Shown: in pieces, positions 57,921 through 59,104 of the stretch
Numbering within the stretch: position 1 is the stretch's first letter
How the letters are laid out: every line of letters starts with the position of its first letter
DNA from: a virus
IMG/VR virus record: IMGVR_UViG_3300044995_000110
Location: 1 to 59,104 of that record
DNA length: 59,104 nt
Direction: 5' to 3' (one strand)
Made by a program: the position numbers and the translations under genes
The notes under the pieces: generated by a model
Databases searched by the model: none
Seen by the model: the letters and a program-made list of their open reading frames with translations, nothing else
What the model was told of the DNA's origin: nothing

Positions 57921-59104
57921 ATGCAAGTGGGAAGAAGGTTTCGCCTGTATCCCAATGCCGAGCAAGAAAGCGTCTTGCGGCGGTGGATTGGCGCACAACG
58001 CTTTGTCTATAACGCGAAGATTGACGAATATCGCTATGAGGCATGGCTGCGCAACCGTGCTATTCTTTCTCCCTCTTGGACCGACCCCGATCCAAAAAAC
58101 ATCAGCCTCTTCAATCAGGCGTATTCCCATTTCCGTAAGAACAATCCCTGGATGAAGGAAGTCCCTTCGCAGATTTTTCGCAACGGATGCTATCGTTACG
58201 CCAAAGCCGTTCTGGCTGCGTCCCAAGGGGGTGGCGCACCAGTTATAAAAAACAGAGGTGGGAGGCAAAGCCTCGTGCTCACCCAAGAGCTTTTTACGAT
58301 CCAAGACGGATGCCTGCGCATTGGTTCAAGAAAGCAGGATTTAGGTTTTGTGCGCTGGAAAGCTCATCGGGAATTTGAGACTCCCAACATGCTTGTCGTC
58401 AGCGTGGAAGCTGATGGAAGATGGTTCGCTGGGTTTAGTTACGACGACGGAATTGAGGCTCCCAAACTTCCCGCGCACATCGAAAACGAGGGACATGTTT
58501 TGGGCGTGGACTTGGGTGTTGCTCGCAGTGTCACAACTTCTGAGGGAGTTGTCATCCATCCAACGCCAGAAGCCACGCGCTCCTACTTCCAATGCGAGAA
58601 AAAGGCAAGGCGATTGCAGCGCAAAATGGCGCGGCAGCGTAAGCGTTCCCACCGCAGAGAAAAGACCCGAAAGCGTATTGCCCGCCTCAAAGCCAAGCAA
58701 AGACGCATCCGGCGAGACTTTGCCCACAAGGCTTCCCATGCGTTGTGCCATACCCCGCACAAAGCCATCGCCTTTGAGAATTTGCGCCTAAGCGACATGA
58801 CCGCTGCCCCTGAACCCCGCCCAAAAGAAGACGGCAAGGGTTACGAACGCAATGGCGCAGCGGCAAAGGCCGGACTCAATGCTTCCTTGCTGCGTTGGGG
58901 CCTGGGGCTTATTCGCCAGTATGCGGCCTACAAAGCCCCACGTCGCGGCAAGTATTTTGTGCTCGTATCCGCCGCTTATTCCAGCCAGGAGTGCTCGCAT
59001 TGCCACCACGTTAACCCTCTAAATAGACGGTCCCAAGCCGAGTTTGTCTGCCAGGCTTGCGGAACAACCCTCAACGCCGATCACAACGGCGCAATTATCA
59101 TTGC
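57921..59104 (+). CDS. tnpB: TnpB (IS605 OrfB family) RuvC-type RNA-guided endonuclease; the ORF runs off the window end and finishes at 176
   Basis: The N-terminus is MQVGRRFRLYPNAEQESVLRRWIGAQRFVYNA. RuvC-I is GVDLGV, RuvC-II is AIAFENL, the zinc finger is CSHCHH...CQACG, and RuvC-III is NADHNGAIII. The reconstructed length is 429 aa. The ORF is absent from the supplied track because it has no stop inside the window. Confidence 0.9.
   Translation, partial: MQVGRRFRLYPNAEQESVLRRWIGAQRFVYNAKIDEYRYEAWLRNRAILSPSWTDPDPKNISLFNQAYSHFRKNNPWMKEVPSQIFRNGCYRYAKAVLAASQGGGAPVIKNRGGRQSLVLTQELFTIQDGCLRIGSRKQDLGFVRWKAHREFETPNMLVVSVEADGRWFAGFSYDDGIEAPKLPAHIENEGHVLGVDLGVARSVTTSEGVVIHPTPEATRSYFQCEKKARRLQRKMARQRKRSHRREKTRKRIARLKAKQRRIRRDFAHKASHALCHTPHKAIAFENLRLSDMTAAPEPRPKEDGKGYERNGAAAKAGLNASLLRWGLGLIRQYAAYKAPRRGKYFVLVSAAYSSQECSHCHHVNPLNRRSQAEFVCQACGTTLNADHNGAIII
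59035..59104. repeat. Terminal direct repeat, copy 2
   Basis: This stretch is identical to bases 1-70. Confidence 0.95.

Larger units (their letters stand above)
57890..59104 (+). mobile_element. tnpB-only IS200/IS605-like element, left part (continues at 1..about 236)
   Basis: It contains tnpB only, with no tnpA. Only 31 nt separate the upstream stop from the tnpB ATG, so the left end is very short or degenerate. Confidence 0.5.

Noticed and set aside
1-59104. A search for lysogeny functions (integrase, CI-like repressor, excisionase, attP), tRNA/rRNA genes, and a DNA polymerase or primase.
   Set aside because: None was recognised by motif reading in any listed ORF or in the gaps. Absence is provisional until profile searches are run.

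Overview
The window is a complete tailed-phage genome with overlapping ends. Bases 1-70 are identical to 59035-59104, so the unique length is 59,034 bp and the genome is circular or terminally redundant.

Layout:
- (i) + strand, 0.7-24.8 kb: an RHH regulator; a recombination/replication module (candidate annealing protein, Cas4-like PD-(D/E)XK nuclease, RusA, DUF1376-type replication protein, DnaB); then fibre and virion genes ending in a 3,488-aa polyvalent internal-virion-type protein with kinase-like and ART-like modules.
- (ii) - strand, 24.6-44.1 kb: an all-alpha NTP-PPase/dUTPase-like gene; an intact DPPY DNA methyltransferase; many small early genes including three paralogous GRPK+RHH-type genes; a beta-clamp homologue with an N-terminal extension; a compact retron-type reverse transcriptase preceded by a 485-nt ORF-free, highly structured gap; a Zn-peptidase/VWA protein plus a MoxR-like AAA+ ATPase; and the large terminase.
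- (iii) + strand, 44.1-57.9 kb: portal, scaffold, major capsid, fibre, a lysis cassette (holin/spanin candidates and an M15 peptidase) and a metallophosphoesterase.
- (iv) An apparently intact tnpB (IS200/IS605-family RNA-guided nuclease) that spans the end junction and abuts a truncated methyltransferase remnant.

I saw no integrase, repressor, DNA polymerase, primase, tRNA, rRNA or CRISPR array.

Top candidates for something new:
- The phage-borne retron-like RT with a candidate msr/msd RNA, co-directional with a MoxR/VWA-peptidase pair.
- The junction-spanning TnpB element with a structured 3' region.
- An array of six 16-bp perfect palindromes next to a pseudoknot-like structured element.
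- A family of perfect -35 promoters placed so that the first genes would be leaderless.

All functional calls rest on motifs read by eye. No database search was run.
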